DNA from: Octopus sinensis
Lineage: Eukaryota
Assembly (NCBI RefSeq): GCF_006345805.1
Contig: NC_043005.1
Location: 99,882,001-99,946,000 of the forward strand
Length of the DNA stretch: 64,000 bases
Direction of reading: 5' to 3'
Shown here: positions 1-13,644 of the stretch, piece by piece
Layout: each line of letters starts with the position of its first letter
Numbering within the stretch: the first letter of the stretch is position 1
Program-made: the position numbers and the translations under genes
Notes under the pieces: generated by a model
Databases searched by the model: none
Seen by the model: the letters and a program-made list of their open reading frames with translations, nothing else
What the model was told of the DNA's origin: nothing

Positions 1-74
1 GGGGTCCATTTGCTCGAATAAAGGTGGTGATCCAGCATGGCCATAGTCAAATGACTGAAAAGAGTAAAAGAGTA
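1..74 (+). mobile_element. 3' end of SINE family A
   Basis: Matches the family A tail ...ccagcatggcc.cagtcaaatgactgaaa..agtaaaagagta seen in the full copy at 39022-39474. Confidence 0.8.
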
Positions 75-650
75 TATTTTCTGAATGACAAAAGACAGCA
101 AAAAAAAAAAAGAAATTAAAGGAGAGAGTATGTGGGTAGTGGGGGGGTAGTGTGAGTTGGTTTTAGTTGGGAGGGGGAGCAGTGTGGTAAGGGGATTGTA
201 AGAGCTTCCATGGTCAACGGTGCTGAAGAACATGTGGAGTACTTGTCTACATTCAAGCACATTCTCACATTAGAAGCATGTTATTGTCCATCACACACAC
301 ACCACACATGCATACACACACACACACACACAGCACTATTTAATCAAAATTAACGACAGTTTACCTATATATATATACCTGCCTGCATCTGCATGAGACT
401 TTCTACGCATATCCATACATACAGTCTGCATCTCTGTCTCAAACATACACATCAACACCTTCGCCCCCCCCCCACAGACACACCCACACACACCATATAC
501 ACCATATACACCATACACATTTAATACATTCTTTTATGTAGATAAAAACGTACAAGAAATGTGCTCAGGTGTTTGAAACTATTGAGCAGGTTAAACAAAG
601 ACAAGAGTTATGCTACAATTGTAATTCGATCAGTAAAACTGAATGTTTTT

Positions 651-781
651 CATCATCATCATCGTTTAACGTCTGCTTTCCATGCTAGCATGGGTTGCAC
701 GATTTTGATTGAGGTTTGGCGAACCAGATGGCTGCACCAGACTCCAATCTGATCTGGCAAAGTTTCTCCAGCTGGATGCCC
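651..781 (-). mobile_element. Short 3' UTR fragment of the RTE LINE family, (GAT)n tail
   Basis: Reverse complement of the 63270-63427 LINE end (catgctagcatgg...aaacgatgatgat). Confidence 0.85.
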
Positions 782-929
782 TATATATGTGAGTGTATGC
801 ATGGCGTATGTATGTGTGTATGCATGTGTGTGTGCATGCACATGCATATGTATGTGTATACATATATGTGTGAATCTATCTATCTATCTATATATATATA
901 TATATATTTTTTTAATTTTATTTATGCAC

Positions 930-1218
930 CCTTTTCAACCCAGGTTTCCCAGTTTCTATGGCATATGCGTTCCCCCCCCCCCCCCAGCTGGACGGGATGC
1001 CAGTCCATCGCAGCGTTACTCAAGAATCAGGAAGAAAGAGTGAGGGAAAGTTGGGGCGAAAGAGTACAACAGGGGTTGCCACCACCCCCTGCCAGAGCCT
1101 CATAGAGCTTTAGGTGTTTTTGCTCAATAAACACATACAACGCCCGCTCTGGGAATTGAAACCACGATCCTCCGACTGCGAGTCTGCTGCTCTAACCACT
1201 GGGCTGTTGCACCTCCAC
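930..1218 (-). mobile_element. SINE family C (tRNA-derived head) with tail type A
   Basis: Head with A-box and B-box-like motifs; homologous to 47097-47399 and 31690-31959. Confidence 0.85.
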
Positions 1219-1244
1219 ATATATATATATATATATATATATAT

Positions 1245-1540
1245 GGCACTCTGTTGGTTACAACAATGAGGGGATTCAGCCTGCTCATGAAATTAACGTG
1301 CAAGTGGCTGAGCACTCCACAGACACGTGTGCCCTTAGCGTAGTTCTAATGGAGATTCAGCATAACACAGAGTGTGACAAGGCTGACCTTTTGAAATACA
1401 GGTACTACACATTTTTGCCAGCTGATTGGACTGGAGCAATGTGAAATAAAGTGTCTTGCTCAAGGACATAATGCATCACCAGGAATTGAACTCACAACTT
1501 TGTGATAATGAGCCGAATGCCCTAACCACTAAGCCATGCA
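1245..1540 (-). mobile_element. SINE family D (tRNA head plus CORE-like gtccttgagcaagacactt) with tail type B
   Basis: Head tggcttagtggttaggg...gagttcaattcc on the minus strand; tail shared with 52473-52663. Confidence 0.75.
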
Positions 1541-1799
1541 TGAATGAATAAATAAATAAATGATTTCTTTTCTTTGATATTTGAAGATTTTCCTTCACAG
1601 AAGTCAAGACTCTTTTGTTTGATTCATGACAGCTCCTGAGATTTGTATATATGTGAATAAGTTAATTAACAGCAGTCTGTCAAGTCCAAGGAAGACAGTT
1701 CTGCAATGTCTTGCTGAGAAACTTGCACAAATGTTTTGTTGTTTAAAGTGATCAGATGTATGTGCTGCCCATTAGCTGATTTTCTCTATTGATTCAACA

Positions 1800-1950
1800 C
1801 TACCTGTACAGGTGCATGGTATGCCACACATCAAATGTTGGAGTGATCACAGAACAACATGAGATGAAGTGTTTTGCTCAAGAACACAATAAACTTCTCA
1901 GTTCCGGAATCGAACCCATGATCTCACAATATAGTGCAAGCCACTTACAG
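1800..1950 (-). mobile_element. Degenerate SINE family D fragment
   Basis: ttttgctcaagaacac...ggaatcgaaccc motif; similar to 36950-37110. Confidence 0.55.
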
Positions 1951-2016
1951 ATATACTGCAGCAATGAGTTCAACAAGGAATTTAGCATGTAGGTGTGTGC
2001 CTATCAGGGTTCAGGT

Positions 2017-2251
2017 GAAGGCGGCGAACTGGCACAAACGTTAGCACGCTGGATGAAATGCTTGGTGGTATTTCGTCTGCTGTTATGTTCTGGGTTCAAA
2101 TTCCGCCGAGGTTGACTTTGTCTTTCATCCTTTCGGGATCGATAAATTAAGTACCAGTTACGCACTGGGGTCGATGTAATCGACTTAATCCCTTTGTCTG
2201 TCCTTGTTTGTCCCCTCTGTATCTAGCCCCTTGTGGGTAGTAAAGAAATAT
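2017..2251 (+). mobile_element. SINE family B (tRNA head, Meta-domain-like core), tail a
   Basis: ggcg.gctggcagaaacgttagc head, gagttcaaattcc B-box, and core gactttgcctttcatcctttcggggtcgataaattaagtacc; many copies in the window. The Meta-domain label is from recall. Confidence 0.85.
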
Positions 2252-2303
2252 ATCAGGGTTCAGTTGCCTCTGCAGCTAGTCTTTATAATTCTGAGAAGTT
2301 TAA

Positions 2304-2527
2304 CCCTTTTGATACCAATCCAGCTGAAACTAGCTCTGGCTCTAGTACAAATGTCTTGTTTATATAAGTTTTGAATTTAAATCTTCCACCAAACTTTAGT
2401 CACAATTTATGTTCCTAACACTAGCTTAATGATAAGTAATTTTTTTTTTTTACCAAATTCTTTGTTATATTTAAAATTGATTGAAAGAAACACAGAGCAT
2501 CTCAAAAGAAATATGGTAGCAAAATGG
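2304..2527. mobile_element. piggyBac-type MITE
   Basis: TTAA on both sides (2300-2303, 2528-2531); imperfect TIRs cccttttgatacc / ggtagcaaaatgg. Confidence 0.65.
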
Positions 2528-2579
2528 TTAAGACAAGTGATTATTAGACAATTTTCTTTGCTGATATCCTTGTAGAAAT

Positions 2580-3170
2580 AGCTGAATTTGTTAAAGATTA
2601 GGGAGGAAATTCCAAAGCAAAGTAAAGCCTAGAGTCAAGAGGCCTTAAAATAAACCGAGCAAAGGCAAAAAGTTCAGTTAGAGAAAAAGACAAGACTCTA
2701 CTGCAATCTGGGAAGTGGTCATGTGTGACACAAAAAGGGTAGGCATAAATACCATAGGGTGTGCCCAGTGTAAACTACGGGTGCACTAGAGTTGTGATGA
2801 AAGTACAAATGATGGAGTAAAACTGTGTAAGAGAAGAATTGAATGTGATTTGCATGAGAGAAGACCTATAAAGATATAGCTATGTTAAGAGGGGTTGCTG
2901 AAAAGTTCCTGGCTTTGGGTAAAAGAAAATACAGGAGGATCTGTGAATCATGATTTTATTCAAAATATTTCTCTCCCAGATTTACACACTTATTGTAATG
3001 GTCCTTCGGTTTTTTGAAGCCCTGTGAAAGAACTCAGAAGGATATCCTTAAAGCCAAGAACTTTTCAAAAACCCCTTGAATGTGGATGAAAATATAAATT
3101 GAATCCAGAAAAGAGGAAGATCAAGAAAGATATGAGAGGTCTCAAAACCTTGAACCTCATAAAGGAGTTG
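2580..3170 (+). mobile_element. Old degenerate RTE LINE RT fragment, interrupted by a MITE
   Basis: Remnant similarity to the RTE ORF at 61440-62260 (LESRGLKIN-like and RGRxRK-like stretches). Confidence 0.5.
2888..3078. mobile_element. Mariner-derived MITE
   Basis: TIRs aggggttgctgaaaagttcctggcttt / aaagccaagaacttttcaaaaacccct; TA at the left end. Confidence 0.65.
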
Positions 3171-3289
3171 ACAAAGGACAACAACCAGTTGGATGACCCT
3201 ACTCGAGAAACCCTGTCAAACCCATAAAAGCATGAATAGTAGTAAAATAGTTATTCTAATAATTATGAAGCCAGAAATTTGAGGGATAA

Positions 3290-3523
3290 GGCAACGTGCT
3301 GGCAGAAACGTCAGCACGTCGGGTGAATTGTTGAGCCAGTCTTTCGTCTGTCTCTACGTCCTGAGTTCAAATTCCTCCAAGGTTGACTTTGCCTTTCATC
3401 CTTTCGGGGTTGATTAAATAAGTACCAGTTACACACTGGGGGTTGATATAATCGACTTAATCCGTTTGTCAGTCCTTGTTTGTCCCTTCTGTATCTAGCC
3501 CCTTGTGGGCAGTAAAGAAATAA
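3290..3523 (+). mobile_element. SINE family B, tail a
   Basis: Full-length homology to 2017-2251. Confidence 0.85.
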
Positions 3524-4170
3524 GAAATTTCAGGGATCAATGTAATCAATTAGTCGCCTCCCCCAATAGATTGGAGCGTTGTGCCTACAGTAGAAACAAT
3601 AATTATTCTTATTTTATAAGCAGGTTAGCAGATGTCAAACTCAGTAGAATGTCAGATTTAACACTGGGTTATTTAGTTACACCTCCTTATGTTTCCAGTT
3701 CAATCCCCACTAATGCTGTCATTATTTTTCATTCATACAGGGATGATAATATACTGGTGCATTATTAAACAGACAATTTCTTTCCCACACATCCTATGTG
3801 TGTGACCTTCTGCTTATGAAAGATATCTTAATTACTATGATTAATCATAATGTTTGTGATAGATTTTCACTTAATACATTTAATATTTTTAATTATACAT
3901 TTACTTACTAATTTTTCCTCATTAAAGGAAATCATACAAAAAAAAAGAAGCAAACCAAAAGACAAAAATGAGAGGAATGTATAGGAATACATCAATAACA
4001 TCAATTCATCTTGATGTGTATATGTGTGTGTATATATTATATATGTTCAAATGCAAGTGCCATATACATGTTCTATAATTATGTAAAGGTGGGTGTATAT
4101 ATTAATATATATATGCATGTATGTATGCATGCATTCTCACACACTCATGTTATGTGTATATGTATATATA

Positions 4171-4220
<50 letters not shown>

Positions 4221-4266
4221 ATATAGGCACATAGCATAAGTGTGTGAGAAGACGTAAGCATATTTA

Positions 4267-4318
<52 letters not shown>

Positions 4319-4575
4319 TGTATCTGTAAATACATGTGTGTATATGTATAGACACACAGAGATATATATACACATATGTATTTGTATGACTGCGTGTGCA
4401 TGTGTGTATGTGGGCTAAAATTAAATAACTTTGATTGTGTTCAGATAAGTTAAATATTAATTATGAAGATGAAGACTGAAAGGAGTAGCATTTTAATTTT
4501 CAAGTCATGCAGAATTAACATACATACTAATGTATATATATATGCATACACACTGTATAAGCAGATACATCAATG

Positions 4576-4610
<35 letters not shown>

Positions 4611-4635
4611 TGTATGAAAGATACATCAATGCATC

Positions 4636-4669
<34 letters not shown>

Positions 4670-4996
4670 CCTATAATACTCATAAACATATGCAATAAAA
4701 AAAATATTAAATGCATAACAATATTTAAATAAATTAGTAGATACGAGATCAAGAGATTATTTCATAAACATATTTGATTAGAAAAACGAGAATACAAAAT
4801 ATCAACAGCAACTACACCATATGCAACAGTAACCACAACATCAACAATATCAGTAGGCTGTTATAAACAGCAATTAGAAGAGATGTAGATAATTTTATAT
4901 TCTAACTGCCTTGTATGAACCAGTAATTTTCTCTCATCAAAGACTCTATAAACGTATGAGAATATAAATACATATAGACATACATACATACATGCG

Positions 4997-5030
<34 letters not shown>

Positions 5031-5988
5031 CTTACACACACACACACATATATATATATATACATACAGGCACATACACACACACACATATATACATGGA
5101 TATATGCATATATACATATATGAATACGTTCATATTCATATATGTTTATGTGTGTATATATGTGTATAATGTGTGTGCATGTGTGTATGGATGTATTTGT
5201 TTGAGTATATCCAGATATATGTGTTTACATATGCATAGATACATATGAATTTACACATAAGTATAACTAACCAAATAACACATACAAGATATTATGATGA
5301 TATGAAGTCATTTAACATCCAGTTAAAATGAAGTTTCAAATCAGATGAAGATGATTTCATGTAATTTCATAAAGTTAGAAACATGTTCCACTGATATCAA
5401 TATATTGTTTATAAATATTGAGTTTTGTTAAGTGTTATTTTTATTGATCAAATGGTACAAGGAGATTAGAATGAAGTGCAGCTTTAACAGACAGATCTGT
5501 TTATGATATAGCAATGATAATAATTATATTATACTCCACGCAGCAAACTAATAATTTTTTGTCCATATATGTGAATACTGGTGTTTATTTAGTTTTGTGA
5601 TGAACATTTGAGGGTTTAAATCATAAACCAAATAGAAATATCTCATATTTGTTTAATGGAGGAATGTAATTTGTGAGATGAAATGGAACTAACTTGACGT
5701 GATTACTTGTTCATTTGTAAATGACTTATAGACATAATATGCCTTGCTAACTGCCACTCAGTTCATTGTGGAGATAATTTGGTTCACTATTCAGTAAGGG
5801 GAAGAAAAAGCCTTAAGGTTGCCTGGTTTCACTTGCCAAATATAAATAGATCAGTTACATGTTCCAAGAACTTGTATATACGATACGTGAGAAATTTTCT
5901 ACCATGACATTGTATATTTTTGGTCATACAGTTCACATCACACAGACAAATTGTGTTATTTCTCCATGTCTCATTGTGACTATTATGC

Positions 5989-6220
5989 AGGTGGCGAGCT
6001 GGCAGAAATGTTAGCACACCGGGCGAAATGCTTAGCGGTATTTCGTCTGCTGGTACATTCTGAGTTCAAATTCGGCTGAGGTCGACTTTACCTTTCATCC
6101 TTTCGAAATTGATTAAATAAGTATCAGTTACGGACTGGGGTCGATACAATCAACTTAATCCATTTGTCTGTCCTTGTTTGTCCTCTCTGTGTTTAGCCCC
6201 TTGTGGGTAGTAAAGAAATG
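5989..6220 (+). mobile_element. SINE family B, tail a
   Basis: Full-length homology to 2017-2251. Confidence 0.85.
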
Positions 6221-6480
6221 GGTACAAGAAGCTGCTTAGTGAGAATGAAACTCCAAAGACACCAAGTCTTTTCACTCCAGTGTGCCTTTACGGATAACAT
6301 TACTGACCTCATGGAAACATAGATTAAACACTGCTAAGATCAACTTCCCTTTTTGCCATTGAAGCCACTCCTCAGTAAATATGTGACTCTGTGAGACATG
6401 TAACGTGTCACTCTGCACCACTTCTCCCAATATCAAATCTGTGGCAATCTCAAAGAGAATGTTAGTAGAAGCCACTGCAG
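6221..6480 (+). pseudogene. Possible internally deleted piggyBac-like transposase remnant
   Basis: Translates in pieces to TPSLF...TDNITDLMET and LCETCNVSLCTTS, resembling PGBD N-terminal and Cys-rich C-terminal motifs; contains stops. Confidence 0.3.
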
Positions 6481-6569
6481 CAACATTTACAAGAGTAACA
6501 AAATATGTTTTTTACTCTCAGAAGGGCATGAGAACAACTACTTCTACCACCTCCACCAACAACAGCAAC

Positions 6570-6932
6570 TAGAGGCGCAATGGCCCGGTGGTTAGGGCAG
6601 CAGACTCACGGTCGGAGGTTTCGATTCCCAGACCAGGCGTTGTGTGTGTTTATTGAGCAAAAGCACCTAAAGCTCCACGTGGCTCTGGCAGGGGGTGGTG
6701 GAGACCCCTGTTGTACTCTTTCACTCCAACTTCTCTCACTCTTTCTTCCTGTTTCTTGTCCCTGACTTCCTACGCAACTGCTGAGCCTGGATGCACATTC
6801 ATCCATCCGTCAATGCTCTCGGTGTCGGGGGTTGACCTGCTTTCTCTTCTGCGGGTCTTACGAATAGCAAAGGACCACATTTTGGACTTTTCCCAAGGAC
6901 GAAGACTGCTTCACTCAACAAACAAACAAACA
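6570..6932 (+). mobile_element. SINE family C with tail type C ending in (CAAA)n
   Basis: Family C head; 12-bp TSD aacaacagcaac at 6558-6569 and 6933-6944. Confidence 0.85.
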
Positions 6933-7040
6933 AACAACAGCAACATTAACAAATGTTGAGAAATAAAATGCAAATCCTGTTGAGTCCTTGGGTATAGAAG
7001 TGGTCACAAATAACACAAAAGCACCTAAATGGATAATAAT

Positions 7041-7266
7041 CAAGTGGCAGAGATGTTAGCATGCCAGGCGAATTGCTTAGCAGTATTTTGTCTGTCTTTA
7101 TGTTCTGAGTTCAAATTCTGCCGAGGTCGACTTTGTCTTTCATTCTTTTTTTGGGGGGGGGGGGGTTATGTTGATAAATTAAGTACCAGTTGCATACTGA
7201 GGTCAATCTAATTGACTGGCTCTCTCCCCTAAAATTTTGGGTCTTGGGCCTAGAGTAGAAAAGAAT
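7041..7266 (+). mobile_element. SINE family B, tail b
   Basis: Family B head and core; alternative tail ...cctagagtagaaaagaat as at 22103-22310. Confidence 0.8.
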
Positions 7267-7944
7267 CAAGTGGCTTTTAAAAAGGAAAAGATGCAAGCTG
7301 GTGAATACACTAACTTAACTCCAAAATACTAAAAATTTACGAGCATCAAGCTGATTAACTCAGAATACAGTGTGTCCAATAATTTAACCCTCACAAGCGG
7401 CTAATAGGCACAGCAACAACATCTTCAACAATACCTGCTGCAGCAGTGAGAGACAGGTTGAGATCAGTAGTAAAAGAAAGCAAAATCAAAACAGTCAAGA
7501 CAACAAGAACCCTGCCAACCACAAGAGATGGAACAATTATGTTAACCCCTAATGGATGAACATGTCATCTACACAGTTCTCTGAAAGTAGAACAAGTATT
7601 TAATGGGGTTTGTAAACTGTAACAAAGACAAAATTTTAGCAATGAATGAGGATTTTCATAAGGAAATATTCTGGTAAGAACTGCTCCAACAATGTTTGTG
7701 TTTTGAGAATGCATTTTCCACATGATGTGAGAGAATTTAGAAACTTACTAGACTGAAGGATCCTTGAAGGTTAATAAAAAAGGTCCTGAAAAAGGATAAC
7801 CCAAGAGACTCAGGTAAGTGACCAACTACTCTTTTCTGGTTTCTTTTCCTCCTCCTGAAATGGCAATACTCAGATGATGTTGTATAAATGCTGATGACAC
7901 TGGGGCAACATAGAAGCAAGGATATCTGCTCATTGATCTCATCA

Positions 7945-8400
7945 TCATCATCATTTAATGTCCGCTTTCCATGCTAGCATGGGTTGGATGGTTTGACTGA
8001 GGGCTGGCGAACCAGATGGCTGCGCCAGACTCCAATCTGATCTGGCAAAGTTTCTACAACTGGATGCCCTTCCTAATGCCAACCACTCCGAGAGTGTAGT
8101 GGGTGCTTTTATGTGCCACCTGCACGAGGGCCAGTCAGGCAGTACTGGCAACGGTCATGCTCGAAAATGGTGTTTTTTTACGTGCCACCTGCACAGGAGT
8201 CAGTCCAGCGGCACTGGTAATGACCTCACTTGAATGTTTTGTTCATGTGCCACCAGCACAAGTGCCAGTAAGGCGACGTTGGTAACGATCATGCTCAGAT
8301 GGTGCTTTTTACATGCCCACCGGCATGGAAGCCAGATAGCTGCTCTGGCAGTGATCCCGCTCGGATGGATCTGTCAGTGCTCCACTGGCACAGGTGCCAG
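7945..8400 (-). mobile_element. RTE 3' UTR fragment with about 5 diverged ~60-bp repeat units
   Basis: Reverse complement of the 63240-63427 end plus repeated gtgcttttacgtgccacc-like units. Confidence 0.85.
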
Positions 8401-9025
8401 TCATCAAATTTGGTTTAATTAAATTTTGATTCAATAGTCATTAATGAGCAGGATTTCTGAAATGTGATCTCTTGCTTAATTCTGCACAACTATGAGTTTA
8501 CAGTTAGTGGCTGTCAACACTCTGACAGGAACTTGATGGTTGGATTTCTTTATATATCTAGAGATCCTTTAGGGGTCATTCTGTTCACTAGTGTTAATGG
8601 AAGAGGATCTTCAGCACATGTAAAGATTATGTTGGAATAGCTGATAGGAAAGTGGGGGGCAAAAGCCTAGTAAACCATCTCGAACAGAAGTGGACTTGAG
8701 ACAGCAGGCTTTGAGGCCTACATCGATGGTTTGTCATGATTACTGCACATGGAACTGAGCGTTTTGAGAAGCTAATTTCAACTGATGAAGCAATGGATGT
8801 GATGAACTGTTGTGTAGGGTTCAAAGTGCCAGAATTGGAGAGTCCTCTCTATGAGATTCATTTCCACTTGATGGCGAAAAGGGAGCACAAGTGAGCCGGT
8901 AAAAAAAAACACAGACAAACATATATGTCATATGATGTCTGTGATAGAGAGGAGTACACTGAAGGGGACACACATTATAGAGTGGATGATGGAAAATATA
9001 CTGTGACCTACAAATGAATAAGGTG

Positions 9026-9242
9026 GAAGCCTGTGGCTTAGTGGTTTAGGGCGTTAGACACATGACTGTAAGATTGTGGATTCGATTTCTGGGTTGGGCA
9101 ACACATATTCTTGAGCAAAGCACTTAATTTCACATTGCTGGCAGAAATGAGTAATCCTGTGATGGCCTGGCGTCCTATCCAGGTGGGGAATTTATATGCC
9201 ATGAAACTGGGAAATTGGCCCTTATGAGCCAGCATGACTTCC
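9026..9242 (+). mobile_element. SINE with family D head and tail type A
   Basis: Head tggcttagtggtttaggg plus cttgagcaaagcactt; tail gagtaatcctgtgatgg...atccaggtgggg...cccttatgagcc shared with family C copies. Confidence 0.7.
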
Positions 9243-9336
9243 ATCACTCATAGTGAGGGAAGATCTAAGACAACATGAGAAAGAGATCGCCCTAACCTGC
9301 AACCAGATTTTTAGGATGATGTACTTTGCAAATATT

Positions 9337-9710
9337 TTTACTTGTTTCAGTCATTAGATTGTGTGCGGCCATGCTGGGGCACTATCTTGAAGGGTTTAGG
9401 TGAACAAACCAATGCTAGTATTTAGTTTTTTCAGCCTGCTACTTATTCTATCAGGCCCTTTTGCTGAACTGCTAGGTTGTGGGTATGTAAGCAAATAAAC
9501 ACCCATTGTCAAGTGGTGATGTGGGACAAACACACTCACATATATGATGGGATTCTTCCAGTTTCCATCTATGAAATCCACTCACAAGGTTTTGATCAGT
9601 TAAAAGCAATTGCAGAAGACACTTGCCCAAATTCCTATGCAATGGGACTGAACTCAGAGCCATGTGGGTAGGAAGCAAACTTTCTACCACACAGCCAAAC
9701 CTGTGCCTAT
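9337..9710 (-). mobile_element. SINE family A, near full length
   Basis: Head, internal short microsatellite and tail all match 39022-39474. Confidence 0.8.
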
Positions 9711-10494
9711 GATTACAAAATACCAAAATTGGTAATGACATACTGTATGGCGAACCCATCCAACCAGCATTATCATAAAGGGACAGTTTGTTCATAAGGT
9801 GGCTGAAAATATTGATTTTAATTATTACCATTCCCTTTAGATGGGGATGGAGGTGGGTGATCCTGAGTTTTGATGTGTTCACATTTTCCTCAGGGACAAC
9901 TTTTCTTTTCACCCCTTCTGGGTCACCAAAAATAAATATCAGCCAAGTAATGCAGTTGATTAAATCAGCAACCCTCAACCACTCAAACATTTGTAGCCAT
10001 GTGCCATTGTAAGGAACTTTTATTATTACCATTAACCTTTAGGAACTTTCTATTGTTCCACTCAATCAAATGTGCAAAATAGGAAAAATAAATGACAGGA
10101 CATCAGTAACCATAGCAACAGAAGAAAAACAAAACAAAAAATATAATGGTATTATTAAATGGTGCTAGATTGAGCTGTAACTAAAAGACATGGCATTGCA
10201 GTGTTTTGTCTGGCGTTTTTAGCCAAAGTTTGTAAGACAAAGGTGGACTATATTGATGTTGCAGTTCTTTTAAAAAGTTGGTTCACAATATATCGCAAAA
10301 TGTGTCTATTCTTTAAATAATTAATTAATATTAAAGATGATTACAATGTTAATTGACATTCTTTTCCTTTGTGGAGGGAACTGGGGTGTTCATGATGGGG
10401 GAATGGACTATTTATTTTATATCTTTGAGGCATTGAGGTTTGGAATTCATAGAAAATTTCATTTCTGGTTCATTAAAGATATATTAACAAAGGA

Positions 10495-10553
<59 letters not shown>

Positions 10554-11239
10554 GAAAGAGAGAGTGGGGGAGAGATAAGAGAGAGAGGGAAGAGAGTGAA
10601 AATAACAATACTTACTGACAAATTTACATGCATATACACACATACACTCACACACACACTTACACACATTATATATATGGACACTTTGTTACAAACTATT
10701 CTAAAATACAAACACACATCCATCAAGAAACAGAGATACACACATAAATGCCAACTCATGGCTATGAACCTATACACAACACACACACACACAGAGCGAT
10801 ATCTATACAATCATATACACAGACAATCACAATCAAACACACAGGCAAATGAAAATACTTGTGGCTGTGAGGCTAAGTAGTTTGTTTCATAAGCATATGG
10901 TTTCAAGCTCAGTCCTAAAGTGTACCCCCTGGGGGTAAATGTCTTCTGCCAGAACCTCAGGTGGGCCAAAGCCTTGTTCTTGAGAGCTTATCATCAAGGG
11001 ACCATTCCTGTTGATGCTTGGTGGACTTCATTTGTTGCCTGATTTAACATTATCACTTGATCCATTGGTAACATTAAGATCAGGATTAAGGGCCACTCTC
11101 CCCACCACTACTACAGTTATGGGAGTAAACTTTCTTTATTTGATTAAATGGTTACAAAAAACAAAGCAAAATGTCCAAGCACTGCTACTTCAACATGAAA
11201 ACAAACTGGTACACACAATAACACTGCAACATCCATATA

Positions 11240-11690
11240 TAGGCACAGGCATGGCAAGAACCTTGCTTCCCAACCACATGGTCCCGGTTTCAGTCCCATG
11301 GCAAGGTACCTAGGACAAGTGTCTTCTACTACAGCCTCAGGCTAACCAAAGCCGTGCGAGTGGATTTGGTAGATGGAAACTGAAAGAAACCTGTCGTGTT
11401 CAGCTGAAATTGCAAGGATAGTCTGGTTCTTGGCTGAAGATAGAAAACTTCGAATGACATATCCTTGTTTTCTTTGTATCGTCTATCTGGATATTTTGTT
11501 GTCCCTTTTTGTATAACCTAGTTGTCTGGATGTTTTGCGTTCTTGTCCCATTTTGTATTTTATATGTGTGCATGTGTGTATGTATGTATGTGTGTGTATA
11601 TTTGTGAATCAGTGTTTGTCTCCACACCACCATCGCTTGACAAAAAATGTTGGTGTGTTTACATCCCTATAACTTAGTGGTTCTGTGGAT
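11240..11690 (+). mobile_element. SINE family A with a ~165-bp unrelated insert at about 11400-11565
   Basis: Head 11240-11399 and tail part 11600-11690 flank non-family sequence. Confidence 0.7.
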
Positions 11691-12215
11691 CTGTGGTGTT
11701 GAAGAGAACTGGAAATAAACAACCTCGCTTGTATGACAATGATGCTTGTTTACTACCATTACATGATGGCTACATAAGGGTGTATACAAGCTCCCACCTC
11801 ACACACACACAGACACACACATACACACACAGACGCACACACACACATACACACACACAGGGCACTGGGATATGTAACATACTGTCTAAATACTAATCTT
11901 GAGAAATTAGGTTTCTCAAAACCAGAAAGGAGAAAGCTGATTCAAAGACTACAAATCCAAGCCATTACTGGAACTGTAAAAATCTGTAAAACTCACCAGA
12001 AGTTTAGCATTTAAGTATATACAAGCATGTCTAGACATGCACCTATAGGTATGAGAATACATACATAAAACAAAACATACAAATCTGCACACACACACAT
12101 ACACACACACACATACATACATACCCTGTTCATGTTGTTGAAATTCCAATGAAGAAGCCTTGGATCTAGGTTAGAAACTGGCTCTTTCTCTATTGGCAAG
12201 AAATCTTGAAATATA

Positions 12216-12448
12216 GGTGGCGAGCTGGCAGAAACGTTAACGTGATGGGTGAAATGCTTAGTGGTATTTCGCCTGCCGTTACGTTCTGAGTTCAAATTCC
12301 GCCAAGGTCGACTTTGCCTTTCATCCTTTCAGGGTCGATAAATTAAGTACCAGTTACACACTGGGGTCAATGTAATTGACTTAATCCATTTATCTGTCCT
12401 TGTTTGTCCCCTCTATGTTTGGCCCCTTGTGGGCAGTAAAGAAATAAG
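12216..12448 (+). mobile_element. SINE family B, tail a
   Basis: Full-length homology to other family B copies. Confidence 0.85.
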
Positions 12449-13022
12449 AAACATTGGAATAAAACTGAATAATGACATACATACATATAGACACTTTATG
12501 GATTCTTTTCAGTTTGCTTCTACTATATCCACTTGTAAGGCATTGATCAGCTTTAGGCTATAATAGAAGAGCTCCTTTGTAAGGTGCCACAAAGTGGCAT
12601 GGAACCGAAGACCACTTGAGGCAAGCTTCTGAATCGCACAGCCACACTTGCATGTTTCCCATGCACACATAGATACACATTTATGCATTTATTATGCATG
12701 CACACATACACAAACATATATTCTGCCGAGGATTGAAACCTGCATCTGTTTGGTGAATATTGGATAAGTAAGAAAGGTTGATAGATTTAATTGATGAGAG
12801 AGAAATATCTTAGATTAAGGAGCAATGGTATAGATCATGGGAGCTACTTACTGTTGCCCTGTGAATGTGTGCGTGTGTGTTTATTTCACAGAAGGAAGTT
12901 GAGTGTGTATGTGATATTGTTTGTGCTTGCGTGGGTGAACAGCAATGAATTTACTGATATTATGATATAATGTAGAGAGAAGCAATAGACAGATAGAAAT
13001 AGAGAGGAAGGGGAAATAGGTT

Positions 13023-13054
<32 letters not shown>

Positions 13055-13120
13055 GGTGAATAGTTGAATAAACAAAAAGACAGAGGTGTAAGGAAAAAAA
13101 ATATATATATATATACACAG

Positions 13121-13170
<50 letters not shown>

Positions 13171-13586
13171 TTAGTGAGAGGGATAGAGCAAGAGAGACAG
13201 TTGTGGGGGATGGAGCTTGAGAACAGACATAACAAACAAATACAATAGATAAAAGATATCACAACAGACACAAAATATAACAAATAAAACAAAATAATAA
13301 AATAATAAAAAAATGTTTTGTTTAAAGAATTGCGGACATGTCTGTTGGAGAAAAATAATAATGTAAAAAATAATTAGTTTTGTCTGTTTAATCTTAGAAG
13401 TTCTAATTATTAGAAGAGAATAGTTCCAAAGGGAAGTGTTGTTGGCAGATAGGAAACACGCACCCACACACACACACACGCACACTCATACACACACATA
13501 CAGACTGATCAATGCCAAGGAATTTGGTCAAGCATATATAGACAATGGCAAGAGGTTCAGTGAATTTCAAAGGAAATATAAGCCAC

Positions 13587-13600
13587 TTAACAACAACAAC

Positions 13601-13644
<44 letters not shown>

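Noticed and set aside
7740-7820. Strong donor caggtaagtg at about 7812
   Set aside because: The upstream candidate exons have stops in all frames.
8480-8900. Possible third Tx1-like remnant
   Set aside because: Only vague motif resemblance; it cannot be supported without an alignment.
9472-10032. 186-aa minus-strand ORF
   Set aside because: The C-terminal part is SINE family A sequence. The unique N-terminal part shows no recognisable domain or convincing splice sites.
11420-11460. ctgaaga...gaaa hammerhead-like core
   Set aside because: No adequate stem II or flanking helices could be formed.
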